DNA of 64,000 nucleotides, taken from NCBI GenBank assembly GCA_902563505.1, contig CACEXK010000002.1:134884-198883 (forward strand), written 5' to 3'. The notes beneath the pieces were generated by a model. The model worked only from the letters and a program-made list of their open reading frames with translations. It was not told the DNA's origin and made no database searches. The stretch comes from an uncultured Alphaproteobacteria bacterium. Lineage in GTDB: Bacteria; Pseudomonadota; Alphaproteobacteria; Methylaequorales; Methylaequoraceae. Position numbers and translations under genes: made by a program. Of the stretch, positions 1 to 9,494 are shown one piece after another; the stretch's first letter is position 1, and every line of letters starts with the position of its first letter.

Positions 1-71
1 TTTGCAAATGCCTTTTTTTTATTATTAACCATACATGTTTTTAAAAAAGGTTATGGGCTGAGGACCTAGAT

Positions 72-1235
72 ATGGGTATTTTAGAAGTTTATAATCCTCT
101 TGATATCGAAATTGATCACGGTGATGGAGTGTATTTATACTCAACCGATGGTACGAGATATCTGGATTTTACTAGTGGCATTGGTGTTACAAGTCTGGGA
201 CATAGTCATCCCTCTCTGGTAAATGCATTGAAAGATCAAGGAGATAAGCTCTGGCATTGTTCTAATTTATTCAGAATTAATGGACAAGAGTTAGTTGCAA
301 AAAGAATTGTCAAAAATTCATTTGCTTCAAAAGTTTTTTTTTGTAACTCCGGTGCAGAATCTGTAGAGGCAGGAATAAAGGTAGTGAGAAAATATTTTAA
401 TTCAAAAGGTTCTGATAAATATAAGATAATATGTGCTAAGAATTCATTTCATGGAAGAACCTATGCCGCAATCTCAACAAGCGGTAAATCAAAATTGACA
501 GATGGATTTTTCCCGATTTTGGAAGGTTTTGAGCAAGTCGAATTTAATGATATTAAAGATTTAAAAAAAAAAGTTGATAAGAAGACTGCAGCAATAATGA
601 TCGAAACTGTTCAGGGTGAAGGGGGAATAATTCCGGCTAATAAGCAATATCTGAAAGAGGTTCAAAAAATAGCTAAGGATAACGAACTACTATTATTTTT
701 TGATGAAGTACAGTGTGGGGTTGGTAGAACAGGGAAATTTTTAGCAACAGAATGGGTTAAAGAACTAAAACCAAATTTAGTATCAATTGCTAAAGGTATA
801 GGCGGAGGATTCCCTCTTGGCGCACTTTTGTTAGATAAGAAAACTTCAGATGTAATGAAGCGTGGGGCACACGGATCAACATTTGGAGGAAATCCACTTG
901 GCATGGCGGTAGCAAACGAAGTTCTAAACTATGTGCTTGATGAGGATTTTTTGGATAATATCAGAGAAGTTGGTTACAATATGAGAAAACTTTTGAAGTC
1001 TGAGGTTATTCCAAGATTTCCAAAACTTTTGTCTGGGGTTAGAGGGATTGGCCTTATGATTGGACTCGAGTGTATTCAAAAAAATGAAATTTTAATTAAT
1101 GCAATGATAAAAGAAAAATTACTTACAGTCAGAGCCGGACAAAATGTGATAAGAATCTTACCTCCTCTTATTTTAGAAATTAAACATGTTGATGAAGCAA
1201 TTAGTAAAATGATAAAAGCTTTTGAAAGTTTATAA
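72..1235 (+). CDS. argD: acetylornithine aminotransferase (class III PLP aminotransferase)
   Basis: 387-aa ORF with class III aminotransferase motifs (GVTSLGHSHP, FFCNSGAESVEAG, FDEVQCGVGRTGK, AKGIGGGFPLG, STFGGNPL). It is immediately followed by argF. Confidence 0.9.
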   Translation: MGILEVYNPLDIEIDHGDGVYLYSTDGTRYLDFTSGIGVTSLGHSHPSLVNALKDQGDKLWHCSNLFRINGQELVAKRIVKNSFASKVFFCNSGAESVEAGIKVVRKYFNSKGSDKYKIICAKNSFHGRTYAAISTSGKSKLTDGFFPILEGFEQVEFNDIKDLKKKVDKKTAAIMIETVQGEGGIIPANKQYLKEVQKIAKDNELLLFFDEVQCGVGRTGKFLATEWVKELKPNLVSIAKGIGGGFPLGALLLDKKTSDVMKRGAHGSTFGGNPLGMAVANEVLNYVLDEDFLDNIREVGYNMRKLLKSEVIPRFPKLLSGVRGIGLMIGLECIQKNEILINAMIKEKLLTVRAGQNVIRILPPLILEIKHVDEAISKMIKAFESL

Positions 1236-1247
1236 ATGGGAAGAAAA

Positions 1248-2141
1248 ATGAGACATTTTCTAAATATAAGTGAGCTAAAAACTAATGATGTTAAAAAAAT
1301 AATCAATCAAAGCCATGTTTTGAAAAAGGAATATGGAAAAAGAAAATTCAAAAAGAAGATAATTTTAGCGATGATCTTTGAAAAACCTTCAACAAGAACA
1401 AGGGTCTCATTTGAAGTTGGAATGAAACAGTTAAATGGAGATGTTGTGATATTAGATCAAGCTGATTCCCAGCTTGGAAGAGGAGAATCACTAATTGATA
1501 CAATAAAAGTACTGAACAGATATGTGGATATAATAATGTATAGAGGGTCTGATGAGAAAAAACTTTATGAGATTGCGAATTTTTCAAGTGTACCAATTAT
1601 AAATGGTTTGACTGATCAAAGTCATCCCTGCCAAATTTTAGCAGATATAATGACTCTAGAAGAAAACTTTAAAGATATTTCAAATTTAAACCTATGTTGG
1701 GTTGGTGATGGTAATAATGTTTGTAATTCTTGGATTCATTCATGTTTGCATTATGGATTCAATCTAAATATTTCTTGTCCAAAAGGTTTTTTCCCATCAA
1801 AAAAAGTAATTGATGTAGTTAAATCAAAAAAAATTAATTTTTTTGATAATCCCTATGAAGCGGTTATCGATGCAGATGTTTTAATCACTGATACATGGGT
1901 ATCGATGGGTATGCAAGATGAGGAGAAGCGACTAGAAAAATTCAAGTCTTTCCAAATTAATTCAAAACTTATGAAATCAACTAAGAAAAACACCTTTTTT
2001 CTTCACTGTTTGCCTGCTCATCGAGGATGTGAAGTAACTGATGAAATTATTGATGGAAAAAACTCTCTTGTCTGGACTGAAGCAGAAAATAGACTTTATG
2101 TTCATCAATCAATCCTTTTGTGGTGTCTTGGTAAAGTTTAG
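1248..2141 (+). CDS. argF: ornithine carbamoyltransferase
   Basis: Has the STRTR carbamoyl-phosphate motif plus HPCQ and HCLPAHRG motifs. The ORF opens at ATG 1236, but ATG 1248 (MRHFL...) has a GGAAGA SD-like element upstream, so the start is ambiguous (1236 or 1248). Confidence 0.9.
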   Translation: MRHFLNISELKTNDVKKIINQSHVLKKEYGKRKFKKKIILAMIFEKPSTRTRVSFEVGMKQLNGDVVILDQADSQLGRGESLIDTIKVLNRYVDIIMYRGSDEKKLYEIANFSSVPIINGLTDQSHPCQILADIMTLEENFKDISNLNLCWVGDGNNVCNSWIHSCLHYGFNLNISCPKGFFPSKKVIDVVKSKKINFFDNPYEAVIDADVLITDTWVSMGMQDEEKRLEKFKSFQINSKLMKSTKKNTFFLHCLPAHRGCEVTDEIIDGKNSLVWTEAENRLYVHQSILLWCLGKV

Positions 2142-2145
2142 TTTC

Positions 2146-3594
2146 TCATCTTCTCCACAAATGTGGTGATAGCAATACGAGGATTGGGAAAAGTTCTAAT
2201 CTTCCTATTAACATTCCAAGAGAAAGGAAAAACTTTGATAGACTGCTTATTCCTGAATAATTATTTGCTGGTCCTATTATCTCGCTCAGCCCGGGCCCTA
2301 CATTTGCTATAGAAGCAGCTGCTCCAGATAATGAAGTAAGAACATCTTGTCCATCAAAAGAGAGGATTAGTGTGAGTGATGAAAAAGTTATTAGATACAA
2401 GAAGAAGTAGCCTGTAACAGAGTTTAAAACTTCCTGATCAATCTCTCGAGAATTATAAGTTGGAATAAATATTCCTCTCGGCTGAATTATTTTTTTTATG
2501 AGAATTAATGAACTTCTTAACAAAATTTGTATTCTAAAGATTTTTAAACCACAGCTAGATGACCCAGAACACCCTCCAATGAGCATTATAAAAAGGAATA
2601 ATATTGTTGTAAAAGTTCCCCAGACACTGAAATCATAGGTACTAAACCCACTTCCAGTTGCTATTGAAACAACTGCAAAGGAGGAAATTCTTAATGCCTG
2701 AATATAATCAACTTCATAATATTTTTTTAGCCAAAATGTTACAATTACAGTAATCATACCAACTAAGAAAAGAAAAAACTTTACTTGTGAATTTTTTAAT
2801 AGGTGAATTATATTTCCTTTTAATGCTTGGAAAAGTAAAATAAAAGGTAGAGATGAAATTATCATAAAAGAAATTGTTACAAGTTCAGTTGTAACTGAGT
2901 CAAAAAATCCAATAGACATGTTTTTTGTTGAAAAACCTCCTGTTGCAATTATTGTCATTCCATGAGCAAGGCTGTCAAAAAATTCAACTCCAGTTGAATA
3001 TAAAAAGAATGTACAAAGTAATGTCAAAATCAAGTAAACAAACCCAATCCCTGTTGCAATTTTTGTTGTGCGTGGAAGTACTTTCTCATCCTTAGAACTA
3101 AATTCGGTTTGAAAAAGTTGCATCCCCCCAATTTTTAAAATTGGAAAAATAGCTATTGCTATAACAATAATTCCTATCCCACCTAACCATTGCAGCATTG
3201 CTCTCCACAATAATATAGATTTTGAGGTATTGTCGAGATCCTGAATTATAGTTGCTCCAGTTGTAGTTAAACCTGACATTGATTCAAAAAAAGAATCTAT
3301 AAAAGATAAATTAGTTGAACCAATACAAAATGGTATTGCAGCAATAAGTGTTAATATTATCCAAGATATGAAAGTTAATAAAAATGCAGATAACACTTCG
3401 ACATCTTTATTCCTATTTTTGAATGTAAATGAGATATTAAGTCCTGTAAAAAGGCATACGATAGAAATTAAAGAAAAAACAGCCCAATCTGTTCCTAAGG
3501 TCAGGTAATCATACATTGCAGGGATTAGAGAATATAATGAAAAAAAAACTAATAGATTACCTATAACATATAGAGAGGATTTTAAATTATCCAT
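2146..3594 (-). CDS. trkH: Trk-type potassium uptake membrane protein TrkH
   Basis: 482-aa polytopic membrane ORF with repeated TrkH-like pore-loop segments (SGLTTTGAT, ATGGFSTKN, ATGSGFST, GAAASIANVGPG). Confidence 0.85.
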   Translation of the reverse strand: MDNLKSSLYVIGNLLVFFSLYSLIPAMYDYLTLGTDWAVFSLISIVCLFTGLNISFTFKNRNKDVEVLSAFLLTFISWIILTLIAAIPFCIGSTNLSFIDSFFESMSGLTTTGATIIQDLDNTSKSILLWRAMLQWLGGIGIIVIAIAIFPILKIGGMQLFQTEFSSKDEKVLPRTTKIATGIGFVYLILTLLCTFFLYSTGVEFFDSLAHGMTIIATGGFSTKNMSIGFFDSVTTELVTISFMIISSLPFILLFQALKGNIIHLLKNSQVKFFLFLVGMITVIVTFWLKKYYEVDYIQALRISSFAVVSIATGSGFSTYDFSVWGTFTTILFLFIMLIGGCSGSSSCGLKIFRIQILLRSSLILIKKIIQPRGIFIPTYNSREIDQEVLNSVTGYFFLYLITFSSLTLILSFDGQDVLTSLSGAAASIANVGPGLSEIIGPANNYSGISSLSKFFLSLGMLIGRLELFPILVLLSPHLWRR

Positions 3595-3595
3595 T

Positions 3596-3979
3596 TCAAT
3601 TAAGTCTTTTTTTTTGGTCAGGAATGTCTAATGAAAAGGGAGGTATTAATACCTCAAACATTCTTCCTTTGAAATCTTGCATCTGATAACTGCCATGCAT
3701 GATACCAGAACTTGTTTTTAAAGGTGTGCCGCTAGTATATTCAAATTCGTGACCTGGCTCGATAGTAGGCTGTTCACCAACCACCCCTTTACCTCTGACT
3801 TCTCTGTGACTTCCATTGGAATCAAAAATCTTCCAATGTCTGCTTAATAACTTTATAGTTTCTGATCCATTGTTTTTTATTTTAACTTTATATGCCCAAA
3901 GATAAGAGTCTTCAGAGGGGTCAGAATGATCCTCAAGATAAATTGGTTCAACATTTATGAGTACTTTGTTTTTTTTCAT
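3596..3979 (-). CDS. apaG: ApaG (DUF525) protein
   Basis: 127 aa with an ApaG-like pattern (YLWAYKVKIKNNG, SRHWKIFDSNG, VRGKGVVGEQP, PGHEFEYTSG). Confidence 0.85.
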   Translation of the reverse strand: MKKNKVLINVEPIYLEDHSDPSEDSYLWAYKVKIKNNGSETIKLLSRHWKIFDSNGSHREVRGKGVVGEQPTIEPGHEFEYTSGTPLKTSSGIMHGSYQMQDFKGRMFEVLIPPFSLDIPDQKKRLN

Positions 3980-3982
3980 TTT

Positions 3983-5179
3983 TTAAATAATCTTATTTGA
4001 TTTTTTTAAGGCATTATCAATGTCACTAATTATATCAGTAACATCTTCTAATCCAACTGATAGTCTAATTAAATTTTCTGTTATGCGTAAACTCATTTTT
4101 TCTTTCTGCTCCAATTTGTGGTGTGTGGTTGTATATGGGTGCGTAATTAGAGTTTTGGAATCACCAAGATTATTAGAAATATCAATAAGTTTTAGTTTAT
4201 TAAGAAATTCGAAAGATTTTTTCTTTTCATTTTTTTTTGAAGCTTTTATTTCAAATGCGATTATAGTTCCGCCATCTAACATTTGTTGTTTTGCAATTTT
4301 TATTTGTTTAGATTTTTTTAATGTTGGGTAATAAATCTTTTTAATGTTTTTATTTTTTTCAAGAAAACTAATTATTTCTTTGGCACTTTTTGTCTGCTGC
4401 TTAATTCTTAATTCTAATGTCTCAATTCCTTTTAATAAAACCCATGCATTAAATGGACTTATTGAGGGCCCTGTATTTCTGATGAATGGTTTGATTATAT
4501 TTTCACAAAAACTATGACTACCTAATATTGCTCCACCAAGCACTCTACCATGTCCATCAAAATGCTTTGTAGCAGAATACATTACTACATCTGCACCATA
4601 ATTTAATGGTTTCTGAAGAATAGGTGTGGCAAAAACATTATCAACTACTACTAGAGCACCAGATTTGTGAGCTAATTTTGAGACTTCTTTTATATCAACC
4701 AAATCAAGACAAGGGTTTGATGGTGTTTCAAAAAAAACTAAATTTGTTTTTTTTTTTAAGGCTAATTCCCACTGGTTGAGATTTGTTCCATCAACCAGTT
4801 CTACTTCAATTCCAAATCTAGGTAAAATTTTTGTAACTATGTGGTGACAACTTCCAAAAAGAGCTCTTGCTGAAACAACTCTGTCACCATTTTTTAGATA
4901 TGACATGAAAATACTGAAAAGTGCAGACATACCTGTTGATGTCAGCCAGCAGGATTCTGCTTCTTCGATCAAAGCAAGTTTTTTTTGTAGTATTTCAACT
5001 GTAGGGTTTCCAAATCTTGAATATAAAAATCTTTTTTTTTCTTCCTTGAATGCTTTTTCTGCCTCCTGCGCCGTTTTGTATACAAATCCCGAAGTTAAAA
5101 ACAATGGTTCACTTGTTTCAGAAAAATTTGTTCTATTTATGCCACCCCTAATTAATTTTGTTGAAGTTTTTTTTTTCAT
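3983..5179 (-). CDS. metZ: O-succinylhomoserine sulfhydrylase / cystathionine gamma-synthase family PLP enzyme
   Basis: 398-aa enzyme of the Cys/Met-metabolism PLP family. Has the PLP-lysine motif SATKHFDGHG and an N-terminal TSGFVY motif. The metZ-apaG arrangement is typical of alphaproteobacteria. Confidence 0.8.
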   Translation of the reverse strand: MKKKTSTKLIRGGINRTNFSETSEPLFLTSGFVYKTAQEAEKAFKEEKKRFLYSRFGNPTVEILQKKLALIEEAESCWLTSTGMSALFSIFMSYLKNGDRVVSARALFGSCHHIVTKILPRFGIEVELVDGTNLNQWELALKKKTNLVFFETPSNPCLDLVDIKEVSKLAHKSGALVVVDNVFATPILQKPLNYGADVVMYSATKHFDGHGRVLGGAILGSHSFCENIIKPFIRNTGPSISPFNAWVLLKGIETLELRIKQQTKSAKEIISFLEKNKNIKKIYYPTLKKSKQIKIAKQQMLDGGTIIAFEIKASKKNEKKKSFEFLNKLKLIDISNNLGDSKTLITHPYTTTHHKLEQKEKMSLRITENLIRLSVGLEDVTDIISDIDNALKKSNKII

Positions 5180-5230
5180 TTGATTTTTTAGATTAACATT
5201 TTTTAAAATTTATTTATAGTAAGTAAAATT

Positions 5231-6499
5231 ATGAGCGCAAAGTTTTTTTTATTTATAACATTTACAATAACTTTATTTTTCACTTTTTTTTCAGAAACAA
5301 GAGAATTATCAATAAAGCAACTTGAGGAAAGAAAAAAAGCTGATATTGAAAGAAAAAAAGAAAGAGAGAAAAGGGGAAAAAAGTCTTTTCAAAAAGAGAT
5401 TACAATTAAGAGTGAAATTGTTTTCATTTCAAAAGAAAGAGAATTACCCCCGGTACTATCTAATCTTGACCCGATTTTGGATGATGAGGGATTTTATGGT
5501 GTGAAGCTTGCCATTGAAGATAACCTGACAACTGGCAGATTTGTTGGTCATGATTACAAAGCCGAATTCCATAGAATTTTAATAGATGAGGATCTTGACA
5601 GTGAGTTTGAGAAATTAATGAAACAGGGAAAAAAATTCTTTGTTGTAGATTTTAATGAAGATGAATTGTTATCTCTAATGAAAATTCCGGGAATTGAGGA
5701 TGTTTTAATTTTTAATGTAAGAGCAAAGAATGACTCTTTGAGAAATGAAAATTGTAAGAAAAACTTTTTCCACATTCCACCTAGCTATTCTATTTTATCT
5801 GATGCCCTCACCCAGTATTTAGTAAAAAAAAAATGGAAAAAATGGTTTTTAGTAACAGGACCAGACAAAAATGATAAGCTATATTCTGATGCTCTAAAAA
5901 AATCAGCAAAAAAATTTAATGTCAAAATAAAAGAAGAAAAAATATGGGATTTCTCCTCAGATTTGCGAAGAACAGCTGGAAAAGAAGTACCAATTTTCAC
6001 AAAAGGTTCAAAGTATGATGTTCTTGTTGTTGCTGACGAAGAAGGTGAATTTGGAGAGTACCTTGCATATAGGACATGGGATCCTAGACCAATAGCAGGA
6101 ACACAGGGTTTGAAACCAAGTTCGTGGCATCGCACACATGAGCAGTGGGGGGCAACGCAGATGCAAAATAGGTTTAGAAGAGAAAGTGGAAGATGGATGA
6201 CTGAGGTTGACTATCATGCGTGGACTGCAGTAAGAGCTTTGGGAGAAACAATAACCAGAACTCAAAGTAATGATGTAAATGAAGTACAAAAGTATTTATT
6301 GGGTGAAAAATTTGGTTTGGGTGCTTACAAAGGTGTAAAGGTATCTTTTAGATCATGGAATGGTCAATTAAGACAACCAATTTTATTAGCTGCTCCGAGA
6401 TCAATGGTATCTGTTTCTCCCCAGGAGGGGTATATTCATCCAGTAAGTGAGCTTGATACTATGGGTGAAGATGAACCGGAATCTACTTGTAAATTTTAA
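5231..6499 (+). CDS. periplasmic substrate-binding protein of a PQQ-dehydrogenase-associated ABC system (PedA1-like)
   Basis: Has a signal peptide followed by a Lys/Glu-rich linker, then a type-I (Leu/Ile/Val-like) SBP body. It is the first gene of an SBP/beta-propeller/ATPase/ABC-2 permease quartet next to pqq and xoxF. Confidence 0.65.
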   Translation: MSAKFFLFITFTITLFFTFFSETRELSIKQLEERKKADIERKKEREKRGKKSFQKEITIKSEIVFISKERELPPVLSNLDPILDDEGFYGVKLAIEDNLTTGRFVGHDYKAEFHRILIDEDLDSEFEKLMKQGKKFFVVDFNEDELLSLMKIPGIEDVLIFNVRAKNDSLRNENCKKNFFHIPPSYSILSDALTQYLVKKKWKKWFLVTGPDKNDKLYSDALKKSAKKFNVKIKEEKIWDFSSDLRRTAGKEVPIFTKGSKYDVLVVADEEGEFGEYLAYRTWDPRPIAGTQGLKPSSWHRTHEQWGATQMQNRFRRESGRWMTEVDYHAWTAVRALGETITRTQSNDVNEVQKYLLGEKFGLGAYKGVKVSFRSWNGQLRQPILLAAPRSMVSVSPQEGYIHPVSELDTMGEDEPESTCKF

Positions 6500-6520
6500 A
6501 ATTTTTAATACATTAACATC

Positions 6521-7489
6521 ATGAAACTTCTTTTTTTAATAGTTGCTTTTTTTTCAATATTAAGCTTTTCAAATGTTAATGCAAATTTAGCCTACATAAC
6601 TAATGAGAAAGACAATACAGTAAGTGTAATTGATATAAAAAAGAAAAAAGTGATTAAAACCGTCAAGGTTGGTCAAAGACCTCGAGGAATCATCATGTCT
6701 AAGGATGGAAAGCTTGTTCTTATATGTGCATCAGATGATGACAGAGTAGAAGTTAGAGAAGCAGAAACTCTTAAGTTAAAATATCATTTGCCCTCGGGAC
6801 CTGATCCAGAACTGTTTATCCTATCGCCAGACGACAGTACTCTATATATAGCCAATGAGGATGATGCAATGGTAACTGTAGTTGATATGAATGATAAAAT
6901 GATAATTGATGACATACCAGTAGGAGTTGAGCCTGAAGGTATGGGACTAACAAATAATGGTAAGGTTTTAGTAAACACCTCTGAAACAACAAATATGGCT
7001 CATTTCATTGACACTAATACTCTCGAAATCATTGAAAATGTTCTAGTCGATGCGCGACCAAGAGTTGCAATGTTTACACCTGATGACAAAGAGGTATGGG
7101 TTTCTGCGGAAATAGGGGGTACTGTAAAAGTTATTAACCCAAGCTCCAAAGAAGTTACTCACACCATAGGATTTGAAATACCTGGAGTTAATGAGGAAAG
7201 CATCCAGCCAGTAGGCGTAAGACATTCAAAAGATGGTAAATACACATTTATAGCACTTGGTCCAGCTAACAGAATTGCCGTAGTCGATCAACAAACAAAA
7301 GAACTTGTTAAATATCTACTTGTTGGCCAGAGAGTTTGGCAACTAGCATTCACTCCTGATCAAAAAACTTTGTTAAGTACCAATGGAGTAAGTAATGATG
7401 TTTCTTTTATCAATGTAGACAAACTAAAAGTTGAAAAATCAGTTAAAGTTGGAAGATTTCCTTGGGGAGTTGTTATAAGCCCTAACTAG
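6521..7489 (+). CDS. YVTN-repeat beta-propeller protein, PQQ-dependent catabolism-associated (PedA2-like)
   Basis: Has a signal peptide and repeated units of the form 'Y(I/V)(T/A)NE.D..V.V(I/V)D' (LAYITNEKDNTVSVIDI, LYIANEDDAMVTVVDM, IAVVDQQT, SNDVSFINV). Confidence 0.8.
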   Translation: MKLLFLIVAFFSILSFSNVNANLAYITNEKDNTVSVIDIKKKKVIKTVKVGQRPRGIIMSKDGKLVLICASDDDRVEVREAETLKLKYHLPSGPDPELFILSPDDSTLYIANEDDAMVTVVDMNDKMIIDDIPVGVEPEGMGLTNNGKVLVNTSETTNMAHFIDTNTLEIIENVLVDARPRVAMFTPDDKEVWVSAEIGGTVKVINPSSKEVTHTIGFEIPGVNEESIQPVGVRHSKDGKYTFIALGPANRIAVVDQQTKELVKYLLVGQRVWQLAFTPDQKTLLSTNGVSNDVSFINVDKLKVEKSVKVGRFPWGVVISPN

Positions 7490-7517
7490 TTAACCTTTGG
7501 GAAATTAATTAAGCAAA

Positions 7518-8243
7518 ATGACTGTTGCCCTAGAAATAAAAAATGTTTCACATAAATTTGGAGAGTTTCTGGCCCTTAACGATGTCAGCTTGAATATATT
7601 ACCAGGTGATTTTACTGTACTACTTGGATTAAACGGTGCTGGTAAGACTACTCTTTATTCATTAATAACAAGGCTATATAACAACAATTCTGGATCAATA
7701 AAAATCTATGGATTTGATGTTCGTGAAAATTCAGTAAATGCTCTTAAAAATATTGGAGTTGTATTTCAACAACCAACATTAGACCTTGACTTAAGTGTTA
7801 AAGAGAATCTTAATTATCACTCATCTCTCCATGGTATAAGTTTTGCTGAGGCCAATAACAGAATTGACAGCGAAATTGGCAGAATAAAATTAGAGGATAA
7901 AATTAAAAGTAAAGTCAGAGCATTGTCAGGTGGACAAAGGCGAAGAGTAGAGATTGCAAGGTCACTTATCCATAGACCTAAACTATTACTTTTAGATGAA
8001 CCAACAGTTGGTTTAGATATAGGTTCTAGGCAAATGATTTTAAAACATGTTAAGTCTTTGTGTAAAAAAGATAATTTAGCAGTTCTTTGGGCCACTCATT
8101 TGATTGATGAGATTGATAAGGGAGAAAAAGTAATAATTATAGATAAAGGTAAAGTCCTTGAATCTGGTGATGTTTCAATGATTGTAAGAAAAACCAAAAC
8201 AAAAAATATTAGAGACGCATTTAACAAATTAGTAGGAATTTAA
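7518..8243 (+). CDS. ABC transporter ATP-binding protein
   Basis: Has Walker A (GLNGAGKTT), the ABC signature (LSGGQRRR) and Walker B (LLLLDEPT). Confidence 0.92.
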   Translation: MTVALEIKNVSHKFGEFLALNDVSLNILPGDFTVLLGLNGAGKTTLYSLITRLYNNNSGSIKIYGFDVRENSVNALKNIGVVFQQPTLDLDLSVKENLNYHSSLHGISFAEANNRIDSEIGRIKLEDKIKSKVRALSGGQRRRVEIARSLIHRPKLLLLDEPTVGLDIGSRQMILKHVKSLCKKDNLAVLWATHLIDEIDKGEKVIIIDKGKVLESGDVSMIVRKTKTKNIRDAFNKLVGI

Positions 8244-8249
8244 ATAATA

Positions 8250-9053
8250 ATGGAACTTGTAATTTACATACGGTGTTTTAAGGGGATTGTTTTGAGAGAG
8301 GCTTTGAGGTTCATTCATCAGAAAGAGAGGTTTTTCTCTGCATTAGTTAGACCATTGGTATGGCTTGGAATTTTTGCTGCAGGATTCAGATCAGTACTTG
8401 GGGTTGCAATTATTCCCCCTTACGAAACTTATATCCCCTATGAGGTATATATTGCACCAGGTTTGATAGCAATGATTCAATTATTTAACGGAATGCAAAG
8501 TTCTTTATCTATGGTTTATGACAGAGAAATGGGCAGTATGAAAACAATGCTAGTAAGTCCTATTCCTAGGTGGTTTTTGTTAATTTCAAAATTACTAGCT
8601 GGTGTTTTCGTTTCTATACTTCAGGTTTATGCTTTTTTGATAATAGCTTCCCTGTGGGATATAATTCCTCCAATTTCTGGATATTTTACGATTCTTCCTG
8701 CTTTAATAGTTTCAGGTCTGATGTTAGGTTCTTTGGGTATGTTTTTATCTTCAGCAATTAAACAACTGGAAAACTTTGCTGGTGTTATGAATTTTGTTAT
8801 ATTTCCTATGTTTTTTGCCTCATCCGCTCTTTATCCATTATGGAAAATTGAAGAAACGAGTGAATGGCTTTATTATTTTTGTTTTTATAATCCCTTTACT
8901 TATGCTGTTGAGTGCATCAGGTTTTCTCTTTATTCTCAGATAAATATAGAATACACAATTGGGATTCTTATATTTACATTAATATTTTTGTTTTTATCGA
9001 TTTTAGGATATGATCCCGCAAGAGGAAATTTACAAAAGAAAGCAGGAAAATAA
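8250..9053 (+). CDS. ABC-2 type transporter permease (PedC-like)
   Basis: 267-aa protein with about 6 TM segments and ABC-2 permease architecture. It lies directly after the ATPase gene. Confidence 0.8.
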   Translation: MELVIYIRCFKGIVLREALRFIHQKERFFSALVRPLVWLGIFAAGFRSVLGVAIIPPYETYIPYEVYIAPGLIAMIQLFNGMQSSLSMVYDREMGSMKTMLVSPIPRWFLLISKLLAGVFVSILQVYAFLIIASLWDIIPPISGYFTILPALIVSGLMLGSLGMFLSSAIKQLENFAGVMNFVIFPMFFASSALYPLWKIEETSEWLYYFCFYNPFTYAVECIRFSLYSQINIEYTIGILIFTLIFLFLSILGYDPARGNLQKKAGK

Positions 9054-9055
9054 AT

Positions 9056-9475
9056 ATGAAAAATTTTTTAAAATTTCTATGCATAATTGTTTTTATATCT
9101 TCAGCAACTCATGCTAAGGGAGATCTTGCAATTAGGGCAAAAAAATTAGAATTAAAACTTGGTTCAGAAAAAAGTGATTATGATATGTCACAAAAAGTTT
9201 TTGAGATGGAAACTGGTAAAGCATATAGACTTGAAATTTCTAGTATGGGTTTTAAAGAATACGAAATTGAAGCAGAAGATTTTTTTAGAAATATTTGGAT
9301 TAGAAATATTGAAGTTGCAGGAATAGAGATCGATACACCTGTCATTGAAGAAATTGAATTTGAAAGAGAAGGTGAAATAGAAATAAAGTTCGTTCCAATT
9401 CGTCCGGGTGAATATGACTTTGAGATCGAAGGGCTTCAAAGTAAAGGAATGGTTGGAAAGTTTATTGTGAAATAA
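9056..9475 (+). CDS. secreted, very acidic small protein with a degenerate cupredoxin-like C-terminus (function unknown)
   Basis: Has a signal peptide (…ISSATHA/KG). The start is 2 nt after the permease stop. It contains alternating E-x-E strands (EYEIEAED, EIEFEREGEIEIKF, DFEIEG). The C-terminus PGEYDFEIEG..KGMVGKFIVK resembles a cupredoxin tail but has no Cys or His at the usual copper-ligand positions. Confidence 0.6.
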   Translation: MKNFLKFLCIIVFISSATHAKGDLAIRAKKLELKLGSEKSDYDMSQKVFEMETGKAYRLEISSMGFKEYEIEAEDFFRNIWIRNIEVAGIEIDTPVIEEIEFEREGEIEIKFVPIRPGEYDFEIEGLQSKGMVGKFIVK

Positions 9476-9494
9476 TTTTATATGGAGTGTTATT

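Noticed and set aside
5180-5230. Possible SAM-II/SAM-V riboswitch upstream of metZ
   Set aside because: The 51-nt spacer is almost pure A/T. It lacks the conserved G/C-containing pseudoknot elements (for example an AAAGCU-type core), so there is no support for a riboswitch.
5785-6289. Two overlapping minus-strand ORFs (116 and 93 aa)
   Set aside because: They lie antisense inside the SBP gene of the ABC system and have no independent support.
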